64,000 nt of DNA from Promethearchaeota archaeon (GTDB lineage Archaea; Asgardarchaeota; Lokiarchaeia; Sigyniarchaeales; SOKP01), in the NCBI GenBank assembly GCA_016839705.1, contig JAEOTR010000017.1:32001-96000 (forward strand), read 5' to 3'. The notes under the pieces were generated by a model. It was given only the letters and a program-made list of their open reading frames with translations. It did no database searches and had not been told where the DNA came from. Position numbers and translations under genes: made by a program. Below are positions 38,697 to 48,950 of this stretch, in pieces; positions within the stretch are counted from its first letter, which is position 1, and each line of letters opens with the position of its first letter.

Positions 38697-38898
38697 TTTA
38701 TCTACCCTGTTTTTACATTATTAAATGTGCATTAGGTATCTTGTAGAATAAAATAGTATGAAAAATTTAAATTTTTAGAGTTTAGGTTATTAGGTGCCAT
38801 AGCAATTAATAGAATATGATGGAACCATTAGTAATAAACTAAATCTTTTAATCATATATTCATAAAAGTTTAATTATTAGGTTGATTTTACTAAAAAA

Positions 38899-39801
38899 AT
38901 GAGCGAGGATAATAATAAGGATTTTTTTTTACCATTAAGGAATTTGTTCCAAGAAAGTTTAATTCGTGATATTATCATCTTTACTTTCATTTTTATATTA
39001 GTGAACACACAAGGATGGGTTGATATATTTCTTCTATTATTTCCACTCGTGACTTTTGGATTTTCACTTTTCTTTAGAATAATCAATTCAAATAAATGGA
39101 GAACCGAATTTGAAAACAGTTATATTATTTATAATCCTTTGGGCTTAGAAAAAAAACATGCAAATCGTCTAACTTTTTCTGCTCTCGTTCAATTAATATT
39201 AATATTTTGGTTAGGTGCGGAATCCCTCTACAATCCACATTTGGTAGAAGGATATTTTATATACTTTAATTTGTTATTCTTCTTCTCATTTTCATTTGGT
39301 TTTTTTTGGGTTTTTATTGATGTGTGGAAATATTCAAGAATAGAGATCATTTCCGATGAGGATAATAATGGAAATATCCCAAAATATAAATCTAATAATA
39401 GAAGTAATAAAGGGAATGTAATATCTTCTCTTAATATTCAAAATGTAAGGATTATCAGTATAACTAATTTCTTAGGATTCATCATCTTAAACATTATAAA
39501 TACTATATTAACCCTCTTTATATTCTTTAATCCATCTCTAGGAATCCCCTTGATCCTTCCTGGAACTGGAAGTTTGGGCTCAGAACCTATAAAAATATCT
39601 CTGATTTTCTACATATTACTCATAATTTCTCCTTTATTAACTGCTATTTCACTTTTTTTAAACTACCGAGACATCAATAAATTTCAAAAAGAAAAATTAG
39701 ATAAAATTATTAAATCCTTTCCACCGAATATTCAAATACAAATTATGGAAAATCTGAAGGGAATAAATGAAAAAATAAAAAAACAAATGAAAATTGAATG
39801 A
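38899..39801 (+). CDS. Hypothetical integral membrane protein
   Basis: About six hydrophobic segments; no recognised motif. Confidence 0.7.
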   Translation: MSEDNNKDFFLPLRNLFQESLIRDIIIFTFIFILVNTQGWVDIFLLLFPLVTFGFSLFFRIINSNKWRTEFENSYIIYNPLGLEKKHANRLTFSALVQLILIFWLGAESLYNPHLVEGYFIYFNLLFFFSFSFGFFWVFIDVWKYSRIEIISDEDNNGNIPKYKSNNRSNKGNVISSLNIQNVRIISITNFLGFIILNIINTILTLFIFFNPSLGIPLILPGTGSLGSEPIKISLIFYILLIISPLLTAISLFLNYRDINKFQKEKLDKIIKSFPPNIQIQIMENLKGINEKIKKQMKIE

Positions 39802-39847
39802 AGAATTAAGAAAATCAAATTAAGAATTGAAAAAATGTGTAAAAAAC

Positions 39848-40381
39848 TTAATCTATAATTCCCTGTTTTTTCAAGATTAACTTTGTTAAAGTTTCAAATA
39901 TCCTTTTGTTATTCTCCCCACTCTTTGAGGAAGTCTCATAAAACCGGTCAATCTTGTGTTTCTCTTTAAATTCTTGAGCTTGTGTAGTTTCTACACTTCG
40001 ACGGATATCTGCCAAATCTAACTTTTCTCCAACCAGAATAAAAACGGGATTAACTGCGTTATTCTTTACAATATTATACCATTCTTCTAAACTTTCAAAA
40101 CTTGTATGACGAGTTATGTCATAACATAATAAACATCCTGTAGCCCCTCGAGCATAGTTAGGAAGAAATATTCGAAAACGCCTTTCCCCAGCAAAATCCC
40201 AGATCTGGAGGTTAGCTGTTGTTTTCTCATCTATTTGGATATTTTCAACAGCTAAATCTGTTCCTATGGTTATTTTCTGCGGAATGAACTGCCCCGTCGA
40301 TAACCTCTGCACCATAGTGCTTTTTCCGACGCCCCCGTCTCCCACAACAACTATTTTGAACAAAAGTTTACGCGATGCCAT
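39848..40381 (-). CDS. Rab-like small GTPase
   Basis: FKIVVVGDGGVGKS, TIGTD, WDFAGERRFR, GEKLD, ETSSKSGEN. Confidence 0.94.
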   Translation of the reverse strand: MASRKLLFKIVVVGDGGVGKSTMVQRLSTGQFIPQKITIGTDLAVENIQIDEKTTANLQIWDFAGERRFRIFLPNYARGATGCLLCYDITRHTSFESLEEWYNIVKNNAVNPVFILVGEKLDLADIRRSVETTQAQEFKEKHKIDRFYETSSKSGENNKRIFETLTKLILKKQGIID

Positions 40382-40597
40382 TATTGTTTATTTTTGGGGA
40401 GTTTTTTTAATATATTATTATTTTCTCTGTAAAAAATTTTTCTTACATTAATTATCGAATAGACCTTTTTTATATTTAAATTACATGATAATTACTTAAA
40501 TAATGCATGAATTTGCAATTAATGAAGAATTTCGATCTTTCAACTAAGAATCTAATTTTTCAAATATAAAAAGAAATAATAATAAAAAATTAAAGGT

Positions 40598-41542
40598 TTA
40601 TTCTTCCAGAATATCTTTCAGCTCATCTACATTAAGATTTAAATAGTTAGCTTTTATTAAACTTTTACCGAGAAGAGTTAAGAAATTCTTTTTACGCTTT
40701 TTATTAAGAAATTTCTTCATTTCAGATAAATCAGGATTTGGGTCAGTAATTTCAATCAATTTTTTTTCAACAGCGCTATCAACAACTTTTTGACCTACAT
40801 CAGTTCTAATTATTAAGAATGCTTCACCAGAGCCTTTTGGGGCACCCCAAGGAGAATAGGAAATGTCTGAGAATTCTCCAGAAAAATCGGTACAATATTT
40901 ACAACCAGTCATCCCTCCTGATGAACAAGCATAAGCTATCCGTAAAGATGTTCTCTCTGCTCCTGTATTGAAATCCGAAACAAGAATCTTTCCTAATCCT
41001 TGGAAATGACAAGGATTACCAATGATTCCAATGTCACGTTTGTAATCTTTATAGGCTTGACCAATACCCGTGATTAATGGTCCTGCATTATCCATTGTGG
41101 ATTTTGGAATATATTTTTTTGCGTCTTTCGCATTATCAACTACCACTGGAAAAGCTACAGGAGGTTTTTTACTTTTTGGTTCACTTAAAACCATGTGTTT
41201 TACAACTCCCGACTCAAAAGCAGCTGAAACGAGATTGTATAATATATCATCCTTATTTTTAGATTTTACTTGGATGATGTCTTTATAAACGCCAGTACCT
41301 AGATCTATTCGTGTTTTACCAAATAATTTCTGCTCAATTTCAGATATCGGTAGAAAAGATCTTGGGCAAGCATTATAACATAATCCTACAGTTTCAGCAC
41401 ATTCATCTACAACATACGCTTCTCCAGTATCATGGTTAAAGTCCATATGTGGGCAAAAAGCATTACAACTTCCACAGTGAATGCATAAACCGGAATATAT
41501 TACTTCATTTTCGAGATCTTGACTTGATTTTTCAATTTTCAT
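40598..41542 (-). CDS. Coenzyme F420 hydrogenase/dehydrogenase beta-subunit family (FrhB/FdhB-like) with N-terminal ferredoxin motif
   Basis: CIHCGSCNAFCP, GLCYNACPR, IGNPCH, GCKYCTDFSGEFSDIS; ATG 41542 preferred. Confidence 0.85.
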   Translation of the reverse strand: MKIEKSSQDLENEVIYSGLCIHCGSCNAFCPHMDFNHDTGEAYVVDECAETVGLCYNACPRSFLPISEIEQKLFGKTRIDLGTGVYKDIIQVKSKNKDDILYNLVSAAFESGVVKHMVLSEPKSKKPPVAFPVVVDNAKDAKKYIPKSTMDNAGPLITGIGQAYKDYKRDIGIIGNPCHFQGLGKILVSDFNTGAERTSLRIAYACSSGGMTGCKYCTDFSGEFSDISYSPWGAPKGSGEAFLIIRTDVGQKVVDSAVEKKLIEITDPNPDLSEMKKFLNKKRKKNFLTLLGKSLIKANYLNLNVDELKDILEE

Positions 41543-41575
41543 TTGATTCTTCCATAATGTATAATATATTTTTAT

Positions 41576-41634
41576 GTGTGAAACTTCACACGATAATTGC
41601 ATAAATAGATAATTGCTTTTAATAATTGCTTTTA
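41576..41634. promoter_or_regulatory. Palindrome GTGTGAA-AC-TTCACAC plus three ATAATTGC direct repeats in divergent promoter region
   Basis: Palindrome 41576-41591; ATAATTGC at 41593, 41609, 41622 (last two form a 13-bp tandem). Confidence 0.5.
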
Positions 41635-41769
41635 ATGATATTTGCTAGAAAATTAAAAAATTTTTTAGCATCTCAAAAGGTAGTAATAGATTATGGAACA
41701 TATCCTATAGAAATCAATTGATGATTACACTGATATTTTAAAAATTAAGAAATATATCTAGATCTAGAA

Positions 41770-43035
41770 ATGAATGCTAAAATAGTGGACGCCTATTCTC
41801 TGGCTTCTAAAAAATATGATGATTTGGGTGTAAATATCGAAAAAATCTTAAATAAATTAGTAGAAATCCCGATCTCAATTCATGCATGGCAAGGTGATGA
41901 TGTTAGTGGCTTCGAAAGACCTAACTCAAAGTTAAATGGGGGTGGGATCATAGCTACGGGAAATTATCCTGGAAAAGCAAGTAATATAAAACAACTCCAA
42001 ATGGATTTAGATACAGCATTATCTCTAATTCCAGGTACTCATCGTGTAAATCTACATTCTTTTCATGGTGATTTTGGTGGAAAATTTGTGGAGAGAAATC
42101 TTTATACACCAGAATATTTCCAAAGCTGGATAGAATGGGCTAAGGAAAGGAATTTAAAATTAGATATGAATAGCACCCTTTTTTCTCATCCTAAAGCAGA
42201 TGATGGTTTTACTTTGAGTAGTAAATCAAATGAAATCCGTCAATTTTGGATTGAACATGTTTGTAGATGTCGTGAAATAAGTGCTGAAATAGGGAAGCAG
42301 CTAAAAAGCCCCTGTATACACAATATATGGATCCCTGATGGTTTTAAAGATACACCCGTAGATAGAAAAGGATATAGAGAACTATTAAAAAATTCTTTAG
42401 ATGAAATACTCCAAGAAAAATATTCTACTTCACTAATGAAAGATACGGTTGAGGGAAAACTTTTCGGTATCGGTAGTGAAGCCTTCGTAGTTGGTAGTCA
42501 TGAATTTTATTTAAGTTATGCAATTACCAATCAAGTCATGTTAACTCTTGATACAGGACACTTTCACCCAACTGAATCTGTAGGAGATAAAATATCTTCT
42601 ATTCTTCCCTTTATCCCAGAATTATTAATTCATATTAGTCGTGGGATAAGATGGGATAGTGATCATGTAGTTATACTCAGTGACGAATTGATTCAATTAA
42701 TTGAAGAAATTGTAAGGAGTGATGCCATGGACAGAATTCATTTAGGATTAGATTATTTTGATGCTTCAATTAATCGTATTGGAGCTTGGGTGATTGGTAC
42801 TCGGGGGGTTCAAAAGGCTTTACTATGTGCTTTGATTCAACCATGGCAGATTTTAAAGGAATTTGAAGAAAACGGACAGTACTTCCAACGACTTGCCTTT
42901 CTAGAAGAGTTAAAAACACTTCCATTTGGTTCTGTGTGGGACTATTTCTGTTTAATAAATAATGTTCCTATAGGATTTTCTTGGATTAATGAAATTGAGA
43001 AATATGAAAAGGAAGTTTTAAGAAAAAGAAGCTGA
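41770..43035 (+). CDS. rhaA: L-rhamnose isomerase
   Basis: ISIHAWQGDDV.GFE, GGI.ATGNYPGKA, NIWIPDG.KD, KLFGIG.E..VVGSHEFY, LD.GHFHPTE, RWDSDHV, GLDYFDASINR. Confidence 0.95.
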   Translation: MNAKIVDAYSLASKKYDDLGVNIEKILNKLVEIPISIHAWQGDDVSGFERPNSKLNGGGIIATGNYPGKASNIKQLQMDLDTALSLIPGTHRVNLHSFHGDFGGKFVERNLYTPEYFQSWIEWAKERNLKLDMNSTLFSHPKADDGFTLSSKSNEIRQFWIEHVCRCREISAEIGKQLKSPCIHNIWIPDGFKDTPVDRKGYRELLKNSLDEILQEKYSTSLMKDTVEGKLFGIGSEAFVVGSHEFYLSYAITNQVMLTLDTGHFHPTESVGDKISSILPFIPELLIHISRGIRWDSDHVVILSDELIQLIEEIVRSDAMDRIHLGLDYFDASINRIGAWVIGTRGVQKALLCALIQPWQILKEFEENGQYFQRLAFLEELKTLPFGSVWDYFCLINNVPIGFSWINEIEKYEKEVLRKRS

Positions 43036-43045
43036 AGAAAAGAAT

Positions 43046-43336
43046 TTAACACTCTTTTTCGGTTTCATCTAGAAAACGAGAACATGTCTCATCTAGTTTT
43101 TGAATTATGCGTTCACGATCCTTCCACGTTATCCAAGTATTTCCCGATTTTTCAAAATGAAACCCATCGTATTCTTCTTTGACTTTGGCTAAAGTTTTTT
43201 TAATAAAACTCCAGGAAAAGCCCGTATCTTCAACTACTTTAGCAATAGCAACAGGATGATTGATTTGCAGTTTATTATTAAAATACTCAATAATTTTTTC
43301 GAATCCTGTTTTTGGAGTTTTTTCTATCTTTGACAT
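43046..43336 (-). CDS. Small hypothetical protein, possible winged-helix DNA-binding domain
   Basis: IAKVVEDTGFSWSFIKKTL helix-turn-helix-like segment followed by beta hairpin. Confidence 0.55.
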   Translation of the reverse strand: MSKIEKTPKTGFEKIIEYFNNKLQINHPVAIAKVVEDTGFSWSFIKKTLAKVKEEYDGFHFEKSGNTWITWKDRERIIQKLDETCSRFLDETEKEC

Positions 43337-43396
43337 ACAATAGAATTTTAATTAATATTTCTATATAAAATAGATTAATATTTATTTAAAGTGTAA

Positions 43397-44434
43397 TCAG
43401 TCATTTTCTGTAATTTCAACATCTTTCTTACCTTCTTTATGTACGATAATCGAATGGATGCCAAAAAGTAACGTAAAAAATATAAATATTATCAGTATAA
43501 ACACATCTAATCTATCAACAAGAGGGACATCTAATCCCTGGAAATTAGGAAAAACTTTGGTAAATTGAGCAACTAATTTCATTAGAATTACAAATATTGA
43601 AATTGTTTCAGCTCTGATGATCTTTAGTTTTTTCTCTAAATACTCTATTTTATCAAAAATAGACCCTATGATATAAATAAATAGAATAAGGTCAATTAAA
43701 AAGCTGGACCACTCAAATCCTACAGTATCGGGAAATATCGCTTCGGCAATTAAGTCTATTATGATATAGAGAATATAGAAAAAGGTTAAGACAAAAAATA
43801 ATGTGATGTAAGCTGCAAACTTTTTTATTACTACTAGTCTAGTTATTACAATTATAATTAAAATAACATTAATCCAAAAAATAATCCGAAAGATATCAGC
43901 GCTATTTCTGGCTGCTAATTGAAAATGGTTACTTAAAAAATTCCACGTAAAAATGAAAATCAAGCCTGTAAGCAGTCCAAAACTTATAAATTCAATAATT
44001 CTTGTGTATTTGTTATACTTTTTATTTTTATAGAGTATATCATCAAATTTCGTTGAGGAATCCATACAAAGCTTGAAAGCAAAGAAGGCCGTAAGGAGTG
44101 TATTAGCTATTAAACAAACCAAGGAAAATAAAATAAGAAATCCTCTAAAAATTATTATTGTAGGTATTGAGATGGCGAAAACAATTAAAATGATGACATA
44201 GGGCAATTTTTCAATTGACTTAAATAAAGAAATCGCAAGCAATAGAAAGTTAAATCCGGCTAATATCCCTATGAATATAAAAAGAAATTGAAAATATTGA
44301 GGTGCTGAAGTAAAGGTACGGCCAAATATAATTAAAAACCATGAAATGATAAAAGAAATTAAAATTAATACATAAAGAGGTTTTCTAAAAAATTCCTTTA
44401 GTCCATTTATAAAAGACATAGTATAATTAACCAT
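43397..44434 (-). CDS. Hypothetical polytopic membrane protein
   Basis: About ten hydrophobic segments. Confidence 0.7.
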   Translation of the reverse strand: MVNYTMSFINGLKEFFRKPLYVLILISFIISWFLIIFGRTFTSAPQYFQFLFIFIGILAGFNFLLLAISLFKSIEKLPYVIILIVFAISIPTIIIFRGFLILFSLVCLIANTLLTAFFAFKLCMDSSTKFDDILYKNKKYNKYTRIIEFISFGLLTGLIFIFTWNFLSNHFQLAARNSADIFRIIFWINVILIIIVITRLVVIKKFAAYITLFFVLTFFYILYIIIDLIAEAIFPDTVGFEWSSFLIDLILFIYIIGSIFDKIEYLEKKLKIIRAETISIFVILMKLVAQFTKVFPNFQGLDVPLVDRLDVFILIIFIFFTLLFGIHSIIVHKEGKKDVEITEND

Positions 44435-44517
44435 TCACTTGTTTTAAATTACTTATGGTAAATTTTATAAAAGCTTTTTGGAATTAATAACATGAAAAAA
44501 GGTTAAAACATTCATTT

Positions 44518-45705
44518 TTATCTCCTCATCTGGAGAAATTTTCCTGTTTTTAGTAAATTACACGGTTTTACATAAGTGATATCTGAATCTTCAACAAAAT
44601 CTTCTAACAACCCAATCCATTTATTATAATTTCTTTTTCCTGGCCCAAAAGGTCCTGGTATATTCATACCCGCCATAATTGTGTCATCAATTGTTTTATA
44701 CCCCTTTACAGTCCCTTCCTCTAAAAGTTTGCATCCTTCATTCAATTGGATTGCCATAAAAAGCTCAATATTAAAAAGACCGGCTTTTTTTTCTTTTGAT
44801 ATAATTGGTTTCCCTTGCTTCCACTCAAATAGTCCTCTCCCCGATTTTCTTCCTAGATTCCCTTGCTTGACTAGTCGCGTTAAGGTTTTTCCAGGAGAAA
44901 ATTCTGGGGAAAGAACTTCTGCAAAATATTTCATAGTATTATAAACTACATCAAGTCCTAAATAATCCAATTTAGCAAAAGGTCCTATTTCTGCTATAAA
45001 GTCTGCATCTGCATCTATCTCCTCTAGCGGAATTCCATTTTCAATCGAAAAATCAAGAAGCCATTGTAAATAAATACTTGTTGAGAGCATTAACCTATTT
45101 ACAATAAAACCGGGACTTTCCTTATGAAGAACTGGTAAAAAGCGTTTTCCTTGAATTGCAGGAAATCTATTACATACTTCTCTAGTAGTATTTACTGTAT
45201 TATCTGAAGTTTCTGTTCCTCTTATAATTTCAATCAATCGAAGAACAACAATAGGAGTAAAAAAATGACATCCAATGACTTTCTCTGGCTTTCTGGATGA
45301 GGTAGCGATTCCAGTTATGCTCATAGTGGAGGTGTTTGTTGCTAATATTGTATGTTCTGGACTCAATACTCCCAATCTTTTAAAAAGATCCTGTTTAAGA
45401 TCCATAATTTCAGGGATTGCCTCGATAACATAATCTGCATGAGAGACTGCTTTCTTCAGATCAGTTTCTTTTATCAGATTTTCTATCAAATTAGGATTTG
45501 TGTAGGTGGGATTTAATAGACCTTTTTCAGCGAGATTTTTAAGGTTCTTAGTGATTTTTATTGATGCTACTTCTAAGATATCTTCAGTTAAATCATGTAA
45601 AATCACTTTGTTAAATCCTCCCATTAATGCAACCTGGGCAATTTCATGTCCCATTGTTCCAGCTCCGACAACCGTAATTGTCTTAATATTTTCTATATCA
45701 ACCAT
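44518..45705 (-). CDS. 3-hydroxyacyl-CoA dehydrogenase with extra C-terminal dimerisation repeat
   Basis: GAGTMG, EAIPE, TNTS, HFF.P, PGFIVNRL, GRKSGRG, second NEG.KLLEEG..IDD repeat. Confidence 0.92.
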   Translation of the reverse strand: MVDIENIKTITVVGAGTMGHEIAQVALMGGFNKVILHDLTEDILEVASIKITKNLKNLAEKGLLNPTYTNPNLIENLIKETDLKKAVSHADYVIEAIPEIMDLKQDLFKRLGVLSPEHTILATNTSTMSITGIATSSRKPEKVIGCHFFTPIVVLRLIEIIRGTETSDNTVNTTREVCNRFPAIQGKRFLPVLHKESPGFIVNRLMLSTSIYLQWLLDFSIENGIPLEEIDADADFIAEIGPFAKLDYLGLDVVYNTMKYFAEVLSPEFSPGKTLTRLVKQGNLGRKSGRGLFEWKQGKPIISKEKKAGLFNIELFMAIQLNEGCKLLEEGTVKGYKTIDDTIMAGMNIPGPFGPGKRNYNKWIGLLEDFVEDSDITYVKPCNLLKTGKFLQMRR

Positions 45706-45789
45706 AGCACAGAACCTCTTGTTTAATCCAGAATAAACTTGTCTAAGTAGGTAATTAGGATTAATAGTAAAAAAAAATTTATATCTTTA

Positions 45790-46794
45790 TTATATTAAAA
45801 TTGAAATCAAATACCACGAGAGTAGCATTGTTCCGATTCCAAGAAAAATTGATATAGGTAACCCTGGTAATATTTTATTTCTTTTTAATCCGATAATTGT
45901 AATTCCCGTCCCAATTATTATTGCTACTGAGGTTAATATCATAACAATTAAATTGTTAGTTTGTACAAGAGCGCTTGATGTCAGCATACTATAAAAAGCT
46001 AAATCTCCAATACCGATCTCTAATTTTGAAGTGTCGTATGTAAGTTCTCCTCTTTCAATTTTATCACTGATATCTTTTTCAGAATAAGAATTTCTTTTGT
46101 CATTCGGTTCTGATACGATATCTATTAATTCCTTTATTGGACCATGTTTATATAAAACAGCAAACATATCCCAAAAGGAGATTCCTATTAAAATTGCCAG
46201 TGTAGTCCAAAGTGGCATTAAAACACCCATGGAGGCACCAATTAGAAGTCCAATATATAATACAATGAAATTTTTTACTTTAATTGATTTAGAAGTGAAA
46301 TATTTGTAAATTATGAGTACAGTAAACACCACAGTAAAAAATATTAATTCAAAATCAAATAAATAGAATAATCTAGCATTACTGCTAAAAACTAAAAATA
46401 ATATAACCTCCCCAAAAAACCAGGTTTGAAAAAATGCTACCATACCAAAACCAGCTCCAAATATATACATTAAGGTACTAATCCCCTTTCTTTTTATTAC
46501 AAAAATAATAATAAATGCTGAAAGAGCAGCTATTGCTGTATAGATTAATCCATTAAGTATTCCACCAACCACTCCGAATTCGCTTTCTGAGATGTAACCC
46601 CCATCTATTTGCACTCCCGCTTCAATATATGTTAAGTATGATAAAATGCCCGCAATTAAAACGACTAAAATAATTGGGATTGGATAAATTCTTCGTCTAA
46701 CCCGGTAAGTTGGAAAAAAATGAGGGATAGTATCTTTTTCAACTAGAGTTTGATCATCTTCCAATTTATCTGAGTTTCCATGATTTTCTGTCAT
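45790..46794 (-). CDS. Presenilin-like GxGD intramembrane aspartyl protease
   Basis: ISFWDMFAVL..HGPIKELI, EIGIGDLAFYSML, LPGLPISI. Confidence 0.92.
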   Translation of the reverse strand: MTENHGNSDKLEDDQTLVEKDTIPHFFPTYRVRRRIYPIPIILVVLIAGILSYLTYIEAGVQIDGGYISESEFGVVGGILNGLIYTAIAALSAFIIIFVIKRKGISTLMYIFGAGFGMVAFFQTWFFGEVILFLVFSSNARLFYLFDFELIFFTVVFTVLIIYKYFTSKSIKVKNFIVLYIGLLIGASMGVLMPLWTTLAILIGISFWDMFAVLYKHGPIKELIDIVSEPNDKRNSYSEKDISDKIERGELTYDTSKLEIGIGDLAFYSMLTSSALVQTNNLIVMILTSVAIIIGTGITIIGLKRNKILPGLPISIFLGIGTMLLSWYLISILI

Positions 46795-46940
46795 GATTTT
46801 AAATGTGGTTCTACATAATTTTGGTAATTTATTTTATAATATAATTAATGATTTAAATACCTATTAATAATGAATTTAGACTCATTTAATATTAATAGAA
46901 TACTTATTATAGATAATTTAAATAAAATCTACCGTGATTT

Positions 46941-47687
46941 ATGTCTAAATTCCATAAGATCGAGCATAAAATCAGGAAAAATATTAGGAAATTAAAGAAA
47001 TTTGTAACAAGAATTGGCATCTCTTATCCAGAAGCAATCGAATTACTCAACGACGCCCCCGAAAAGCTGGTTTTACCCTGCCATTTGGGAATTTTTTTTT
47101 ATGGTGACTTTAATTCTAAATTATTTGAGCAAATTGAGTTTTTCTTAAATGATATTTATGATTCATTCTTTTTCGAAATTAGAAATTTGGGTTGGTTTAG
47201 TTTCTCAAAAGAACTTTATCCGAGAGGTATAAAAAAAGAATTTAAAGAACTAAGAAAATCTAATAGCAAAATAAGTATTCATCCCACAAATAAATTTTAT
47301 CAATTGCTAATAGATAAAAGAATTGAAGAAAATCTCGGTATGATAATTGCTCTTACAGATCTTCCAATTTATTCAAGTAATGATATAAATATATTATTTT
47401 TATTTGGGGAAACTAATTTAAAACATCGAACGAGTATAGTTTCTACACTAAAGTTAAAAGAAAGTTTTTACTCTAGAAAACATAATCAAGACCTTTTTTT
47501 TCAGAGATTAATTAAAGAGATTATTCATGAGATTGGTCATATTATATTGGATTCAAATCATTGCAGTGAGAATTCTTGCGTCATGAGATACTCTGAAACT
47601 ATTGAAGAAATTGATGAAAAAACATACAAATTCTGCTCAACTTGCCAAAGAAAACTAGATGATGTAAGAAAGTTATTTAATTTCTAA
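46941..47687 (+). CDS. Archaemetzincin-like zinc metalloprotease (M54)
   Basis: KEIIHEIGH.....NHC....CVM.YS....EID.K...FC..C. Confidence 0.85.
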   Translation: MSKFHKIEHKIRKNIRKLKKFVTRIGISYPEAIELLNDAPEKLVLPCHLGIFFYGDFNSKLFEQIEFFLNDIYDSFFFEIRNLGWFSFSKELYPRGIKKEFKELRKSNSKISIHPTNKFYQLLIDKRIEENLGMIIALTDLPIYSSNDINILFLFGETNLKHRTSIVSTLKLKESFYSRKHNQDLFFQRLIKEIIHEIGHIILDSNHCSENSCVMRYSETIEEIDEKTYKFCSTCQRKLDDVRKLFNF

Positions 47688-47699
47688 AGAGGATAAAAA

Positions 47700-48950
47700 T
47701 CAAAATTTAACAGTTGGTAATTTATTTATAAATTCTTTCACTAACTTAACTCTTTCCTTCCTTTCTTTTTTGTAATATCTAAGAGGATAAAGTTCATTAA
47801 TAAGAAACTTATAAAGATCTACCCAAATTTTTGCAATAGAGCTAATCCGATAACTCTCAGCAACTTTTCTTGCATTATTTCCCATTTCTATTCGAAGATC
47901 ATCATCTTTGAGTAATTTTACAGTTTTTTCCTGGAAATCGCTTAAATCATTACTCAAATATCCCGTATGTCCATGTCTAATTACATCTGAAATTCCAATA
48001 CTGTTAGCACCTATGCATGGGGTCCCCTGCGCCATACTTTCTAGTAAAACCAACCCTTCCGCTTCAATCCAAGACCAAAGACAAGAAATATCGGCAGTAT
48101 TGTAGAGTTTTAGCAAATCAATAAAAGGCACTTTTCCCAAATATGATACAAAATCACTATAATCCTTCTTTTTAATCAACTTTAAGACATGCGATGTTGA
48201 TGGTCCATCACTCCCAACCAGAACTAAATGTGAGTTTGGTACTTCTTTGTGGATTTTTTTAAATGATTTGATAATACTTAGTTGATGTTTCTCGGGAGAA
48301 AGTCTTGAAGCGTAAAGTAGAATCTTTTTATTATCCAAATTATATTTTTCTCGTATTCCGTTTTCCCTTACATCGGTATAATAACTATCATTAATTCCAT
48401 TTGAAAGACAGATAATTGGTTCCTTAAATCGCTGTTTTCTGAGTAAATTTTTCTTAGATTTTGTTGGTACGGAAACGAGGTCATATTTATCTAAGATATG
48501 TCTTTCATATCGCCAAACCCAATCCATTCTTGATAATAATTTGCCTACAACAGGAATATATTGTGAAGTGTAAAATGAAAGAGGTGAATTATGGGTACCG
48601 CACATTGGAATTCCAATATATTTAGCCCAATTAATAGCCATTGAACCAAAACTAGCATGGGTGTGGATATGTGCTATATCCAGATAATCATGCTTACAAA
48701 AAAAATACCTATGTATGGGAACACTGAGAACGAAACCAGTTTTGGGTGAAATTTTTGCACCAAGAAAGTTATGTAAACAGAGGTTTTTAGGTTTGTTATT
48801 TGTTCTTTGAATGCCAGGAGCATAAACATGAACATTATGGTCAGTGTTTTCTGCGATTGATTCTGCAAGATTTCTACATGCAATAGCTGTACCATTAACT
48901 TGTGAGTACATACTAGTGAAAAATCCAATATCCAACTTCTGCTTTACCAT
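47700..48950 (-). CDS. Glycosyltransferase family 4
   Basis: HIHT, SNGI, SRLSPEK, EAEGLVLLESMAQGTP. Confidence 0.9.
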   Translation of the reverse strand: MVKQKLDIGFFTSMYSQVNGTAIACRNLAESIAENTDHNVHVYAPGIQRTNNKPKNLCLHNFLGAKISPKTGFVLSVPIHRYFFCKHDYLDIAHIHTHASFGSMAINWAKYIGIPMCGTHNSPLSFYTSQYIPVVGKLLSRMDWVWRYERHILDKYDLVSVPTKSKKNLLRKQRFKEPIICLSNGINDSYYTDVRENGIREKYNLDNKKILLYASRLSPEKHQLSIIKSFKKIHKEVPNSHLVLVGSDGPSTSHVLKLIKKKDYSDFVSYLGKVPFIDLLKLYNTADISCLWSWIEAEGLVLLESMAQGTPCIGANSIGISDVIRHGHTGYLSNDLSDFQEKTVKLLKDDDLRIEMGNNARKVAESYRISSIAKIWVDLYKFLINELYPLRYYKKERKERVKLVKEFINKLPTVKF

